The notes under the pieces: model-generated
Seen by the model: the letters and a program-made list of their open reading frames with translations, nothing else
Told to the model about the DNA's origin: nothing
Database searches by the model: none
Program-made: the position numbers and the translations under genes
DNA from: Sedimentisphaerales bacterium
GTDB lineage: Bacteria; Planctomycetota; Phycisphaerae; Sedimentisphaerales; SM23-30
Length of the DNA stretch: 64,000 nucleotides
Assembly (NCBI GenBank): GCA_963663965.2
Contig: CAXXFK010000001.1
Location: 96,001 to 160,000, forward strand
Direction of reading: 5' to 3'
Shown: in pieces, positions 10,544 through 21,792 of the stretch
How positions within the stretch are numbered: the stretch's first letter is position 1
Layout of the letters: each line of letters opens with the position of its first letter

Positions 10544-10703
10544 CCTATAGAGATAACATAGCGCCCTGATCTGAAAGATAAATGAACACCTGGCGCTTGT
10601 CCGGTGCTTTTGTTATTGACCGGGATGCTGACTATGCCGTATCCGATGAGAATACGGCCAGCCGTGTCATTACTTTTTATATCTAAATAACTTACATCAA
10701 TGG

Positions 10704-12146
10704 ATGTGTAATATGACCGAAGATCCTCAACAGGATTTACCCTTATCCGATCCTCTGCCGCCTGAGGAACATGCTAACGATACCACAAGCGTTAAATCCT
10801 CCGGTAATCCGGCTAAAAAGCAAAAATTGCTGCTGGTCAAATACGGAAAAATGGGGCAAATTGGCTTATTCTATAATAACATTAAAGAATTCCCTTCTGA
10901 TACCAGCCACGTTATTGTCAGTACCGAACGTGGTTTGGAACTGGGCGAAATCCTGATGCCTCAATCAGTACACAAGGAAGGGCAATGCCGGATCAAAATT
11001 GAAAAAGTCGATCAGTTTTGTGCCGCCAGCGATAACAATTACCCCCTCCATCGGGATGGCAAAGTCGTTCGAATTGCGACTGATTTAGACAAAAACGAAC
11101 AGCGTCATCTGGATATGAATATCCGGCATATTATCGATCAATGCCGGTCTTTCATTGATCAGGACAACTTGGAAATGAAGCTGGTCGACGCGGAACACCT
11201 GTTCGGGGGCGACCGCATCATCTTCTATTTCATGGCCGAAGGTCGCGTTGATTTCCGTCAACTGGTCAAACAACTCGCCCAGCATTTCCAGACCCGCATC
11301 GAAATGCGCCAGATCGGCGCGCGGGACGAAGCGCGACTGGTAGCCGATTTTGAAACCTGCGGAAGGGAATGCTGCTGCAAGAATTTCCTGAAAGTCCTCA
11401 AACCGGTTAATATGCGCATGGCCAAGTTGCAGAAGGCGACTCTGGATCCGTCCAAAATTTCCGGCCGCTGTGGCCGGCTCAAATGTTGCCTGCGGTATGA
11501 AGATGAGGTCTATAACGAACTCTACAAAAAACTCCCGCATAAAGGCGAATGCGTTCTGGTGGAAGATGGCCACGGTGAAGTCATCGATTGCCAGACCATT
11601 ACCCAACTGGTACGCATCCGGCTGGCCAATGGCAAGCAGGTCGCCGTTCATGTCGAAGATATTCTCAAATTTAACTACACCCCGACTCCTGAAGATCTTA
11701 ACCGCCTCGAAAAACCATCCGGCAAACGCCGTCAAGACCGACCTCGACAGGCCAGACCGGCCGAACCGCCTGCGCCTAAGCTGGAAAAACCTCCCGTCGA
11801 TGCCGATCTTGAATCCATGGATGACTTATTCGATCTGGAAGGTCTGGAAAACGCGCCATCAGGATCGGCCGAACAGGATCAGGAACCCAGAGACAACAAT
11901 ACCGCGCGCAAACGCAGACGCAAAAAAAAGAAACGGCGGCCCGCTTCCGGGGAGCCCTCTGCCCAGGCGACGGATCGGTCAGAACCCAAACCGCAAACCT
12001 CGGATTCGGATAACGATAAAAATCCGGCCCCCTCGAAACGAAAACGCCGTCCGCGCAATCGAAGGCGTGGACGCGGTCGGCCGGATAGCAATAACCAGGG
12101 GAATGGCGATGACAACCGCCCCAATCCCCAGACTCCCTCAGAATAA
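10704..12146 (+). CDS. ricT: PSP1/RicT (YaaT) family protein with a low-complexity Arg/Lys-rich C-terminal tail
   Basis: GRVDFRQLVK, TRIEMRQIGARDEA, CGRECCC, KISGRCGRLKCCLRYE; tmk-holB-yaaT-metG synteny. Confidence 0.88.
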   Translation: MCNMTEDPQQDLPLSDPLPPEEHANDTTSVKSSGNPAKKQKLLLVKYGKMGQIGLFYNNIKEFPSDTSHVIVSTERGLELGEILMPQSVHKEGQCRIKIEKVDQFCAASDNNYPLHRDGKVVRIATDLDKNEQRHLDMNIRHIIDQCRSFIDQDNLEMKLVDAEHLFGGDRIIFYFMAEGRVDFRQLVKQLAQHFQTRIEMRQIGARDEARLVADFETCGRECCCKNFLKVLKPVNMRMAKLQKATLDPSKISGRCGRLKCCLRYEDEVYNELYKKLPHKGECVLVEDGHGEVIDCQTITQLVRIRLANGKQVAVHVEDILKFNYTPTPEDLNRLEKPSGKRRQDRPRQARPAEPPAPKLEKPPVDADLESMDDLFDLEGLENAPSGSAEQDQEPRDNNTARKRRRKKKKRRPASGEPSAQATDRSEPKPQTSDSDNDKNPAPSKRKRRPRNRRRGRGRPDSNNQGNGDDNRPNPQTPSE

Positions 12147-12175
12147 TCTGCCAAAAACGACAACGAAGGACTCTC

Positions 12176-14203
12176 ATGAATTCAAGAAAGATCTTGGTGA
12201 CTTCCGCCTTACCCTACGCCAATGGCGCCATCCATATCGGCCACCTGGTCGAATACCTCCAGACCGACATCTGGGTTCGCTTCCAGAAAATGCGCGGAAA
12301 TGACTGTATCTACTGCTGTGCCGACGATACCCATGGCACCCCCATCATGATTCGTGCCCGGAAAGAGGGCATCACCCCAGAAGAACTCATCGCCCGCATG
12401 TACGATGAGCATGTCCGCGACTTCACTGCCTTCGGGATCGAATTCGACAACTACTATACTACCCATTCTCCCGAAAACCGCCAACTCAGCGCCCAGATCT
12501 ACCAGGCCCTGCTCGAACAAGGCCACATCGTCACCGGCGAGGTCGAACAGGCCTACTGCGAACACGATGCCATGTTCCTGCCCGACCGTTTCATCCGCGG
12601 CACCTGCCCGCGTTGCAGCGCCATCGACCAGTACGGCGACTCCTGCGAAGTCTGTCACGCCACCTATACCACCCTCGAACTCAAAGACCCGCGCTGCAGC
12701 GTCTGTGGCAACCCGCCTATCCGCAAATCATCCAGACATTATTTCTTCAAGCTGGGCAATTTCACCGAACCCCTTAAACAATGGGTACAGGGTGGACATG
12801 TCCATGAACAGGTCTGCAATAAACTTATGGAATGGTTCGATCTGGGCCTCAAAGACTGGGATATCTCCCGGGACGCCCCCTATTTCGGCTTTGAAATCCC
12901 CGGTGAAACCGACAAATACTTCTACGTCTGGCTTGATGCCCCTATCGGCTATATGGCCAGTACCATGAACTACTGCCAGAAAAACAACCTCAGCTTCGAC
13001 GATTACTGGCGCAATCCCGAAACCGAAATCTATCACTTCATCGGCAAGGATATCACCTATTTCCATGCCCTGTTCTGGCCGGCCGAACTGATGGGCGCCG
13101 GTTTCAACACCCCAACCTTCCTGGCGATCCACGGGTTCCTTACCGTCAACGGTGAAAAAATGAGCAAGTCCCGCGGCACCTTCATCAGCGCCGCCACCTA
13201 TCTCAAACACCTCGATCCCCAGTACCTGCGCTATTATTATGCCTGCAAACTCTCTAACTCTGTCGATGATATCGACCTCAACCTGGAAGATTTCTGCTCC
13301 CGGGTCAACAGCGACCTGGCCGGCAATATCGTCAACCTGCTCTCCCGCTCCGCCCAGATGCTCAATAAAAACTTCGACAGCCGCGTGGGCACAATTCCCG
13401 ACGACGCCAGAGACATGTTGACCGTCATCCAGAACCAGGCCGAAGCCATCGCCGACGAATACGAAAATCGCCGGTTCGCCGCCGCCATGCGGATGATCAC
13501 CGCCCTGGCCGACGAGGTCAACCGCTATTTCGACCAGCACAAACCCTGGGCTGAAATGAAAACCAATCCCGATCTGGCCCAACAAACCCTCACCGCCACG
13601 GTCAATGCCGTGCGGTTGCTTACCATCTATCTCAAACCCGTCCTGCCAACCTTTGCCGCCGGCGTCGAACGCATTCTCGGCCTCAACCCGCTGACCTGGC
13701 CGGATGCCGGTTCCCTCATTGAAAATATCACGATTAACCCGTTCGAGCGTCTCATTGAACGCATCGATCCTCAAAAGGTACAAGCCATGATTGAAGACAG
13801 CAAACCAGAAACAGACAATCAAAACCAGCCAACCCCCAGTTCCGGTCCCAGTCCGCTCGAAACCGAACCGCTCGAACCGGAAATCACCATTGATGATTTC
13901 ACCAAAGTCGACCTCCGCGTCGCCAAAGTCCTCAAGGCCGAACTCGTCGAAGGCGCCAATAAACTGCTCCGCCTCGAAGTTGATCTCGGTGGCCAGACCC
14001 GCCAGGTCTTCGCCGGCATCCGCAAAGCCTACCAGCCCGAAGCGCTCGTTGGACGCCACGTCATCGTTGCCGCCAACCTCAAACCGCGCCAGATGAAGTT
14101 CGGACTATCCGAAGGCATGATCCTGGCCGCCGGCCCCGGCAACAGCGAAGTCTTCGTACTCTCCGTCGACCCCGGCGCCCAACCCGGCCAGCGCGTACAC
14201 TAA
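12176..14203 (+). CDS. metG: Methionine--tRNA ligase
   Basis: ALPYANGAIHIGH, Zn knuckles, YVWLDAPIGY, KMSKS, C-terminal tRNA-binding domain. Confidence 0.98.
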   Translation: MNSRKILVTSALPYANGAIHIGHLVEYLQTDIWVRFQKMRGNDCIYCCADDTHGTPIMIRARKEGITPEELIARMYDEHVRDFTAFGIEFDNYYTTHSPENRQLSAQIYQALLEQGHIVTGEVEQAYCEHDAMFLPDRFIRGTCPRCSAIDQYGDSCEVCHATYTTLELKDPRCSVCGNPPIRKSSRHYFFKLGNFTEPLKQWVQGGHVHEQVCNKLMEWFDLGLKDWDISRDAPYFGFEIPGETDKYFYVWLDAPIGYMASTMNYCQKNNLSFDDYWRNPETEIYHFIGKDITYFHALFWPAELMGAGFNTPTFLAIHGFLTVNGEKMSKSRGTFISAATYLKHLDPQYLRYYYACKLSNSVDDIDLNLEDFCSRVNSDLAGNIVNLLSRSAQMLNKNFDSRVGTIPDDARDMLTVIQNQAEAIADEYENRRFAAAMRMITALADEVNRYFDQHKPWAEMKTNPDLAQQTLTATVNAVRLLTIYLKPVLPTFAAGVERILGLNPLTWPDAGSLIENITINPFERLIERIDPQKVQAMIEDSKPETDNQNQPTPSSGPSPLETEPLEPEITIDDFTKVDLRVAKVLKAELVEGANKLLRLEVDLGGQTRQVFAGIRKAYQPEALVGRHVIVAANLKPRQMKFGLSEGMILAAGPGNSEVFVLSVDPGAQPGQRVH

Positions 14204-14231
14204 TATTTCATATCCGGTTTGCGCCTGTCAC

Positions 14232-14627
14232 ATGAATAAACCCACCAAACCCATCGAACAAGTTGTCAACGAAGATGGCCGCTATCCCATCGAGGCCGTC
14301 CAGTTCGTTCGTCAGGGCCTCAGTTACGCCGTGGAAAAACTATTCCCTCAAACCGAAGAAGACGAGGATGAAATTCGCCACATCACCGGCCAGCAGTTGT
14401 GCGAAGCCCTGCGCGAATTCGCGCTGCGCAACTGGGGTTCCATGGCGCTTCCCGTCCTCAACCACTGGCACATCAAAACTACCCGTGATTTCGGCGAAAT
14501 CGTCTTCCTCCTGGTCAACTCCGGCTGGATGCAAAAACAACCCACCGATTCCATCGAAGATTTCGACCACGCCTACGACTTCAAATCCGCCTTCAAAAAC
14601 CCCTTCAATCCCGATCTCGAAGACTGA
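14232..14627 (+). CDS. Verrucomicrobia/Planctomycetes-restricted protein (Minf_1886/TIGR04138-like)
   Basis: DGRYPIEAVQFV, RHITGQQLCEALR, TTRDFGEIVFLLV, DSIEDF. Confidence 0.8.
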   Translation: MNKPTKPIEQVVNEDGRYPIEAVQFVRQGLSYAVEKLFPQTEEDEDEIRHITGQQLCEALREFALRNWGSMALPVLNHWHIKTTRDFGEIVFLLVNSGWMQKQPTDSIEDFDHAYDFKSAFKNPFNPDLED

Positions 14628-14652
14628 TCGCCCGTCACACAACGTCAGCCAT

Positions 14653-14829
14653 TCAACGCCCCCCCATCCCTCGGATATATAACTGTAACAATATCCCTGC
14701 CATCAAAACCGCCAGCGTGATCAAGAACAACCGCAACGACATCATCCCCGCAAACCGCCGGTTATTGAATCGATACATCATCACTAACATGACCCAGATA
14801 AACAGACCCGCAATAATCACATAATCCAT
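14653..14829 (-). CDS. Small two-TM membrane protein, 58 aa, absent from the ORF track
   Basis: MDYVIIAGLFIWVMLVMMYRFNNRRFAGMMSLRLFLITLAVLMAGILLQLYIRGMGGR, with a purine-rich AGGGG upstream. Confidence 0.45.
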   Translation of the reverse strand: MDYVIIAGLFIWVMLVMMYRFNNRRFAGMMSLRLFLITLAVLMAGILLQLYIRGMGGR

Positions 14830-14878
14830 CAGACACCCCTTCCAGCCGGCCGGCGCCGACCGATTTCCAGCTTGTCCA

Positions 14879-15208
14879 TCATTCCCGCGACACGATGGTT
14901 TTCCCTCTCGTCCCCGGCAACTTCCCTGCCATACCCATCATAAATCCCCACAAACCACAAGCCATCTGAAAACACAAAAACCACCAGATCAGGTTAATAT
15001 TCGAACCATCAGATAACACACCATTGAGAAGAGCAACAACATTTAACCCGAAAAAGCATCCAAAACCTATTATCATCCCTGTCATAATTCCCAACAGACT
15101 GGGTATGCCAAAAAAACAAACAACGCCCCAGAAAACCGAAACCAGAAACTTACCCATCAGTTCCAACCAACCTTTCTTTGATTGATCCCATTCATATCTC
15201 CAAGACAC
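14879..15208 (-). CDS. Hypothetical membrane protein
   Basis: 109-aa ORF with three hydrophobic segments. Confidence 0.5.
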   Translation of the reverse strand: MSWRYEWDQSKKGWLELMGKFLVSVFWGVVCFFGIPSLLGIMTGMIIGFGCFFGLNVVALLNGVLSDGSNINLIWWFLCFQMACGLWGFMMGMAGKLPGTRGKTIVSRE

Positions 15209-15458
15209 CAGATATCCATTTCCAAAGCCCTTTCCACAATAATACTCATAACAACTGATCCAACAAACATAATATAATCCCGCCCGATTTCTGAATCAAT
15301 AATTTTTTAACACCCAACACTGGGCCGCCCTGAAAGCCGCAATTGATTAATTAAACCACTAATTAAAACATAAACACATAAAATATAATCTCTTACAATA
15401 ATATATAGCCATACCTGAAATTCTGTACCCATTTATTTTTTATCAAATAGATACTTCC

Positions 15459-15490
15459 TTATTACAAGATAACCGATTATCTTGTAATAA
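15459..15490. promoter_or_regulatory. Perfect 14-bp inverted repeat (operator-like) upstream of the Fic gene
   Basis: TTATTACAAGATAA-ccga-TTATCTTGTAATAA. Confidence 0.7.
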
Positions 15491-15521
15491 CAACTTTGCT
15501 TATTACATTAAATGGAATAAG

Positions 15522-16687
15522 AATGATGCATCGAAAACCGGACAATACATCACGATTTCCAATGTCGGCGAAACCTGCCAGGCATTTATCCCGGCCCCAT
15601 TGCCACCCAGGCCGGCGCTAATCATCGATAATAAACTCAGAGAATTGCTGGACCAGACCCTGCTCAGCCTGGGGCGGCTCGATAGCACTTCAATGCTACT
15701 ACCCGATACCGACATATTCTTGTATATGTATATCCGTAAAGAAGCCGTACTGTCTTCTCAGATCGAGGGTACTCAATCATCGCTTTCCGAACTGTTGCTC
15801 TTCGAAATCGGTGGCAAGCCGGATGTGCCCATCGATGATGTCCAGGATGTATCCAATTACGTCGCCGCCCTCAATCACGGCCTGGCTTTAATCAAAGAGT
15901 TACCGGTCTCTTCCAGATTGATTCGGGAAATGCACCGGGTATTGTTATCGAAAGGCCGGGGCAGTTCCAAAATGCCCGGCGAGTTCAGAACCAGTCAGAA
16001 CTGGATCGGTGGTTCCCGCCCGGGAAATGCTGTTTATGTCCCACCGCCACCGGAAAAACTTCCCGAATGTATTGGAGATCTGGAAAAATTCATCAACGAT
16101 ATCCCGGATAAAACTCCCACCTTAATCAAAGCCGCCCTCGCCCATGTACAGTTCGAATCGATCCACCCCTTTCTGGATGGCAATGGCAGGGTTGGCCGGT
16201 TGCTGATCACCGTACTGCTGTGTTCTGAAAAAATACTGAAAGATCCACTATTATATTTGAGCCTTTATTTCAAAACCCATCGTGATACCTATTACCACCT
16301 TCTTCAGCAATGTCGTTCGCAAGGCCATTGGGAAGCCTGGCTGGAATTCTTCCTGACCGCTGTTAAAGAAACTGCCGATAAGGCCGTTATAACGGCATCC
16401 ACCCTCCTGGCCCTGGCAGAGGAAGACCGCAAAAAAATTCATGCCATCGGCCGGGCCGCCAGTTCGGCGTTGCGCGTCCATCAGGCTCTGATGCAAAGAC
16501 CCATTATCTCCATTCCCAAAATAGGCGAACTCACCGGCTTATGGGCACATCCGCCACCAGCGCTATTCAGCATCTGGAAAAACTCGGTATCGTAAAAGAA
16601 ATGACCGGCCGCAAAAGGAACCGGCTCTACAAGTACGAAAAGTATATCAATATTTTAGATGAAGGAACGGATCTTTCGCTTGGCTGA
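15522..16687 (+). CDS. Fic family protein with C-terminal HTH; two apparent frameshifts (near 15535 and near 16545)
   Basis: Intact Fic motif HPFLDGNGRVGR and EAVLSSQIEGT. N-terminal TGQYITISNVGETCQAFIPAPLPP lacks an in-frame start, and the tail LEKLGIVKEMTGRKRNRLYKY lies in a shifted frame. Confidence 0.88.
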
Positions 16688-16770
16688 TCGATCATATGCT
16701 TCCATAGTGATTGTCAGGAACACAAATATGCGACAAGTAACGCCCTGTATTACCTTTAAAGTGAAAAATC

Positions 16771-17059
16771 GTGCCTGACCCAAAAAACCTGAAAATTGGC
16801 GATCACATCAAATTTGTCGCATTTCCGGATGAATGGAAGAATCCGGAATTTTGCCTGCAGGATGAATCCCGTTTGTTTATGGAAAAGATGATAAACAGAA
16901 AATTTCCATCTCGTATCTTCTGCCATCGATCCATTCGGATATCCTTGCATTAAAGCACAATTAAAAATAGATAACAGGATTGTTTACCATACCTGGACAA
17001 TCATGGAATGCAGCGGTTGGCGCAAAGTCAAAAAACATCAGAATCCCATCAATCGTTAA
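16771..17059 (+). CDS. Hypothetical protein, frameshifted near 16920
   Basis: MPDPKNLKIGDHIKFVAFPDEW... continues in another frame as ...IKAQLKIDNRIVYHTWTIMECSGWRKVKK. Confidence 0.5.
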
Positions 17060-17196
17060 ATTGTTCCACAAAATTCAAGAGTACCGCGAATTGATCTCCA
17101 GGGATATGCTGATACTTGCAGTTAAAACCGATGATTAGCTGCCCTGTTTACACGGTATTTCCTGTTCCCGCGTGGATATCTCGCCTATAATCTACT

Positions 17197-18175
17197 ATGA
17201 AAGCCGCGATCTGTACAAAATACGGCCCCCGGATGTCCTCAAAATCATCGATATGCCCCTCCCCGCTCTCCGGCCCCAATGATATTCTGATCAAAATTCA
17301 CGCCGCCGTCGTCACACTTCCAGACTGCGTCTTTCGTCAGGGCAAACCCTATATCGCCCGTCTCTTCACCGGCCTGACCCGCCCCAAATACATTCCGGCG
17401 ACACCTTCTCCGGCCAGATCCAATCGATCGGCCCCCAGGTCACTCGTTTCCAACCCGGCGATATGGTCTTCGGCTGCTCCGGCACAGACTTCGGCGCCCA
17501 TGCTGAATACAAAGCAATCAACGAAAATGAGGCGATCGCCCACAAACCGGTCAACCTTTCCCACGCCCAGGCCGCCGGACTCTGTTACGAAGGCCTGACC
17601 GCGCTTCCGTTCCTCCGCGACATTGCCCAACTCAAATCCGGCCAGACCATCCTCATCAATGGCGCTTCCGGATCGGTTGGCAGTTCTGCCATCCAACTCG
17701 CCCGGATCATGGGCGCTCGCGTTACCGGGTTTGCAGTACCCGCCATATCCCGTGGTGCAATCGCTCGGCGCCGATCAGGTTATCGACTACACCGCGAAGA
17801 TTTCACCCGCACCGGCCAGACCTGGGATATCATCTTTGACGCGGTCAGCAAAAGTTCGTTTACCCGCAGCAAAAACGCCCTTGCTCCCCAGGGCATCTAT
17901 CTCACCACCGGCCTGTCATTACCCATCATGCTGCACATGCTGAGAACCGCCCGCTCACCGGCCAGAAGGCCATCTTCTCCGCCACCGGCCTGCGTTCAGC
18001 CGAACAGAAAAACCAGGACCTCCTCCACCTCAAAAGCCTCGCCGAATCAATCAACTCACCACCCTCATCGATCGCAGCTACCCACTTCGAACAAATCGCC
18101 GACGCCCACCGCTACGTCGAACAGGAACACAAAACCGGCAACGTCATCCTGGTGATCGATAACGCCGGGCAATAA
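17197..18175 (+). pseudogene. NAD(P)-dependent MDR (alcohol dehydrogenase/quinone reductase-like) oxidoreductase, multiply frameshifted
   Basis: MKAAICTKYGP, GAHAEY, ILINGASGSVGSSAIQLA, LGADQVIDYT and AHRYVEQEHKTGNVIL are spread over several frames. May be sequencing error rather than a true pseudogene. Confidence 0.8.
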
Positions 18176-18222
18176 CTCCACGGCGTTTTTGTTTTACTCC
18201 AGCGAATAGGCCTATTCAGTGA

Positions 18223-19747
18223 TCAATCCTCCACCAGCGTAAGATCCTCAGTCGGCTTGGCATACCCTTTTCCGGCAATATACGCCTTTGTCTCATCCAC
18301 CATCTCCTGGGTAATCTGGTATTGATATTTCCCATAATCATTCACCTCTAGTTCACCCACCCAGAAAAATCCCCATTTCTCAAAAAAGTCCGTCAGATCC
18401 AGCTGACTCACATCACAGCAGATCTTCACAAACTCAAACTGATTTCGAATCGATTCATTCCGCCGCCCGGCGTCCGGCCGCTGCCGCATCGCTTCCATCA
18501 CATCCGCGTAAAAATCCGGCCGCCCGTTCCGCGCGAAATACAGATGCAGCTGCCAGAACGGCACCAGCCGGTCAAACACATCCTTGGCCGCCAGAAACGA
18601 CACGCCCGCCTCGATAATATTCTTCCGCGCCGAAGCATAATTCTTCTGATGCTCCAACCGGCTTTCGTTACCCATCCCGGTCGTGGTATACATGGTAAAA
18701 ATGTTATTGCTCACCTCCGTCATCCCGCCCCAGGTCATTTGCGGACTCATCTGCAGCGCGTGCCCCACCTCATGACAGAACCCCAGCACGGATCCCCTTT
18801 AATCACCACATCCGGCTTGGCCACCATCCGCATCGTCCCCTGATTACCCAGGTACGCCACCCCGTCCCGGTCACGGAACATATAATAATTAAAATTCACC
18901 CGCGCCAGGATCCGGTTCTTCGGCATCTTGTTATACTTCACCAGCCCCATCAAGGTATAATGATGATGCAGCAGCGTATCGTAATTGGCAATCAGCTCCA
19001 CCCCCTGCCTCGCGTATAAGTCTTAAACCACTCCACCGGATACGCCACCTGAATATGCTTGCCCCGCGCGTCCATGATCGGACTCACCGCCTCATCCAGC
19101 AGCCGGTCCCAATCCGCGTTTGTATCCCGGCCCGCGTCAAAATAACCATTCACCTGCCCCGTCGGAAAATGCACCGTCACCGCCGGCGCCGTCTCGGCCT
19201 GGTCATCAAAATAACTCACATAGACATTCCCGCCCTTCTTGACCTCGATCAGATTCACCCCTTCCTCCAGCGCGATCTGCTGCTTATGCAGCCCCCACCC
19301 ATTCGGATCCTTGGTCGGCTCGATCCCCGCCGCCGGCTTCCGCATCCAGTCCGGGATCAACAGCGACACCTTCTTCCCGCCGGTATCCCCCACCAGCACC
19401 ACCTGCTCACCCGCCGCCAGGCACATCCCGGTCATATTCTCATAACGGCTGAACCCTTCCCCCAGCTTCAACATCGCCGCCAGCGCCCGCGGCGATGGAT
19501 ACGCCTCATAACTCGTCGCCCGATAGGTACCATCATACCGCCCCGCCAGCATGTCACTCGCCACCCGTTTGAGCAACTCACTATGAAATTGTCCCAGATC
19601 CGCCTCCTTAACCTCCGCCTTCAACCGGCTGCAACTGCCGTCCGTAAAAAACGCCCGATCCGCCTCCAGCGCCTCCCGGTCATATCCTGCCCCGCAAACG
19701 CCCATCATCCAACTTAATAACGATACCATCACAATCATTTTCTTCAT
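18223..19747 (-). CDS. Secreted M60-like (enhancin/mucinase-type) zinc metallopeptidase, split by two frameshifts
   Basis: Signal peptide MKKMIVMVSLL; YENMTG; HEVGH...TEVSNN gluzincin motif; three overlapping ORFs 18992-19816, 18747-19001 and 18223-18789. Confidence 0.85.
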
Positions 19748-20117
19748 AGCAAAGCTCCGTGGCACAGGTTTTTTCTCAAATTCTGCATCTACTGAAATTA
19801 TAAAAACATAAAACAACTTTGTTTCATTGCGCTCTTTAAATAAAGATCACCTCCCTTTTTATTCCCAAATCACCAATACACCCTTTATAACGCCCGGCCA
19901 CCCATCCTATTTCAACTCCCGGCCACTCCACCGCAGGTTTCACCCTGCCTCCCCTGACCCACCCCAAAAATGGCTCGACAGAACAGGATACCCACGATAC
20001 AAGCCTGTTTTCACCTCTCAAAGACACATTTTCTTACCATAAATCTTTACAAGTCTTTTTATAATAGTTACTTAATAGATAAAATCCAAATAAGAAATAT
20101 TAGAGAATATCCTTGAA

Positions 20118-20174
20118 ATGGCCGATATAACAGGTAATATTGTATAATATATGGCTATTTCTACAGGTTAATAT
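20118..20174 (+). repeat. Imperfect direct repeat over the promoter of the AAA gene
   Basis: ATGGCCGATATAACAGGTAATAT and ATGGCTATTTCTACAGGTTAATAT, 33 bp apart. Confidence 0.55.
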
Positions 20175-20180
20175 AATATT

Positions 20181-21553
20181 ATGCACCGTTTCTCATTAAA
20201 ACAATTGAACGAATGGTCAACTCTCCCGTCTCGCAAACCCTTGGTGCTACGGGGGGGGCGACAGGTGGGCAAATCCTATCTGGTTCGCATGTTTGCCAAA
20301 GAATCGTTTGAGTCACTGGCCGAGGTCAATTTTGAGCAGATGCCCGATACGGCGGACCTGTTTCTATCGAAAAATCCCAAACAGATCGTCGCGCATCTCG
20401 AATCCAAACTCAACCAATCGATCCTTCCCGGAAAAACGCTGTTGTTTCTGGATGAAATTCAAGCGGCGCCCGAGGTATTCGCGGCCCTGCGCTACTTCTA
20501 TGAACTGATGCCCGCCCTGCATGTCATCGCCGCCGGCTCCCTGCTGGATTTTGTGTTGGAAGATCATACCTTTTCCATGCCGGTGGGCCGGATCGAGTAC
20601 ATGCACCTCGGGCCGATGACTTTTGAAGAATTTCTGTGTGCTCTCGGCAAACAAAAACTCCTGGAATTGATCCATAACTATTCACTGTCTGAATCGATTC
20701 CCGGTTCCATTCACAACGATCTCATGGGCCTGATCAAGGACTTCTGTGTAATCGGAGGCATGCCCGAAGCGGTTCAGGCCTATGTCAACACAGGGTCCTA
20801 TCTGGATTGCGAACGGATCGCCACCGGTATCCTGGCCACCTACCGGGATGACTTTGCCAAATATGGCCGGCAAGTCAATTCCCGTCGGATCGAAAAAGTC
20901 TTTTCCAAAACCCCCTTGGCTCATCGGCCAGAAATTCAAGTACTCTCAGGTTGACCGGGATGAAAAAACCCGCGACTTAAAGCTGGCGCTGCATGTGCTG
21001 GAAATGGCCCGCATTGTATTTCGGGTGCTGCATAGTGATGCCAATGGTTTGCCCTTGGGAGCCGAAGTCAATGATCGGTATTTTAAGACCCTGTTTCTGG
21101 ACGTCGGACTGGTCTGCCGGATCTGCGGACTTTCCATGGCCGATATTCAAGGTCTCCCGGATCTGATGCTCATCAACTCCGGCGCGATTTGTGAACAGTT
21201 TGTCGGCCAGCATTTTGCTCTATTCGGGTCGGGCCTATGAATCGCCGCAGCTTTATTGCTGGATGCGCCAGCAGGGAAGCGCCAATGCCGAAGTGGATTA
21301 CCTGATATCCCTGGGAATGCATATCATCCCCGTGGAGGTCAAAGCCGGCAAAAGCGGATCCTTACGGTCGGTTCATGTCTTTATCAATGAAAAGCAGCGC
21401 GATTTTGCCTTGCGGTTTAATGCCGATCACCCCTCGATTACGGACGCCAGAACCAGCGTTTCAGGCATGAGCCCAAAACCCTTTAAGCTGTTATCGCTTC
21501 CCTTTTACCTGATCGGACAGGCTAACCGCCTTTGCCATGAAATAATCCGCTAA
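20181..21553 (+). CDS. AAA_14 ATPase with DUF4143 domain, split by two frameshifts
   Basis: Walker A GGRQVGKS, Walker B LFLDEIQ, IGGMPEAV, DVGL, AEVDY and PVEVKAGK across ORFs 20181-20954, 20782-21240 and 21191-21553. Confidence 0.9.
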
Positions 21554-21731
21554 GGAGCCGCGCATAAATAAATGCTGCATTTATCGCACAGCTTGTTGTC
21601 AGATTCAGTCGCGCCGATTGAGCGAAACCGCAGGCAGTGCTATTCTATGTCGAGGATTTCGCGATTGAGAAGCGGCTGAAGATGGCAGCAAGATGGGATG
21701 AAAAATGGAGGTGTTATTTATGCGCGGTTCC
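21554..21731. mobile_element. 178-bp MITE (non-autonomous element) with 18-bp terminal inverted repeats and flanking TAA
   Basis: Left GGAGCCGCGCATAAATAA, right TTATTTATGCGCGGTTCC (1 mismatch); TAA on both sides; no transposase inside. Confidence 0.8.
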
Positions 21732-21792
21732 TAAGGAGCGTTCATCAATAAATGCTCCACAATATCTCCCGAAAAAGTGAATCAACCACACC

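Noticed and set aside
10630..10665. Hairpin GCCGTAT-ccgatgaga-ATACGGC as a hammerhead ribozyme
   Set aside because: Lacks the CUGAUGA and GAAA cores; treated as an ordinary intergenic hairpin.
12728..14059. 443-aa minus-strand ORF and similar long antisense ORFs (751-1434, 11085-11735, 19055-19717, 21745-22293, 24307-25008)
   Set aside because: Shadow frames of well-supported genes; biased codon usage suppresses stops on the opposite strand.
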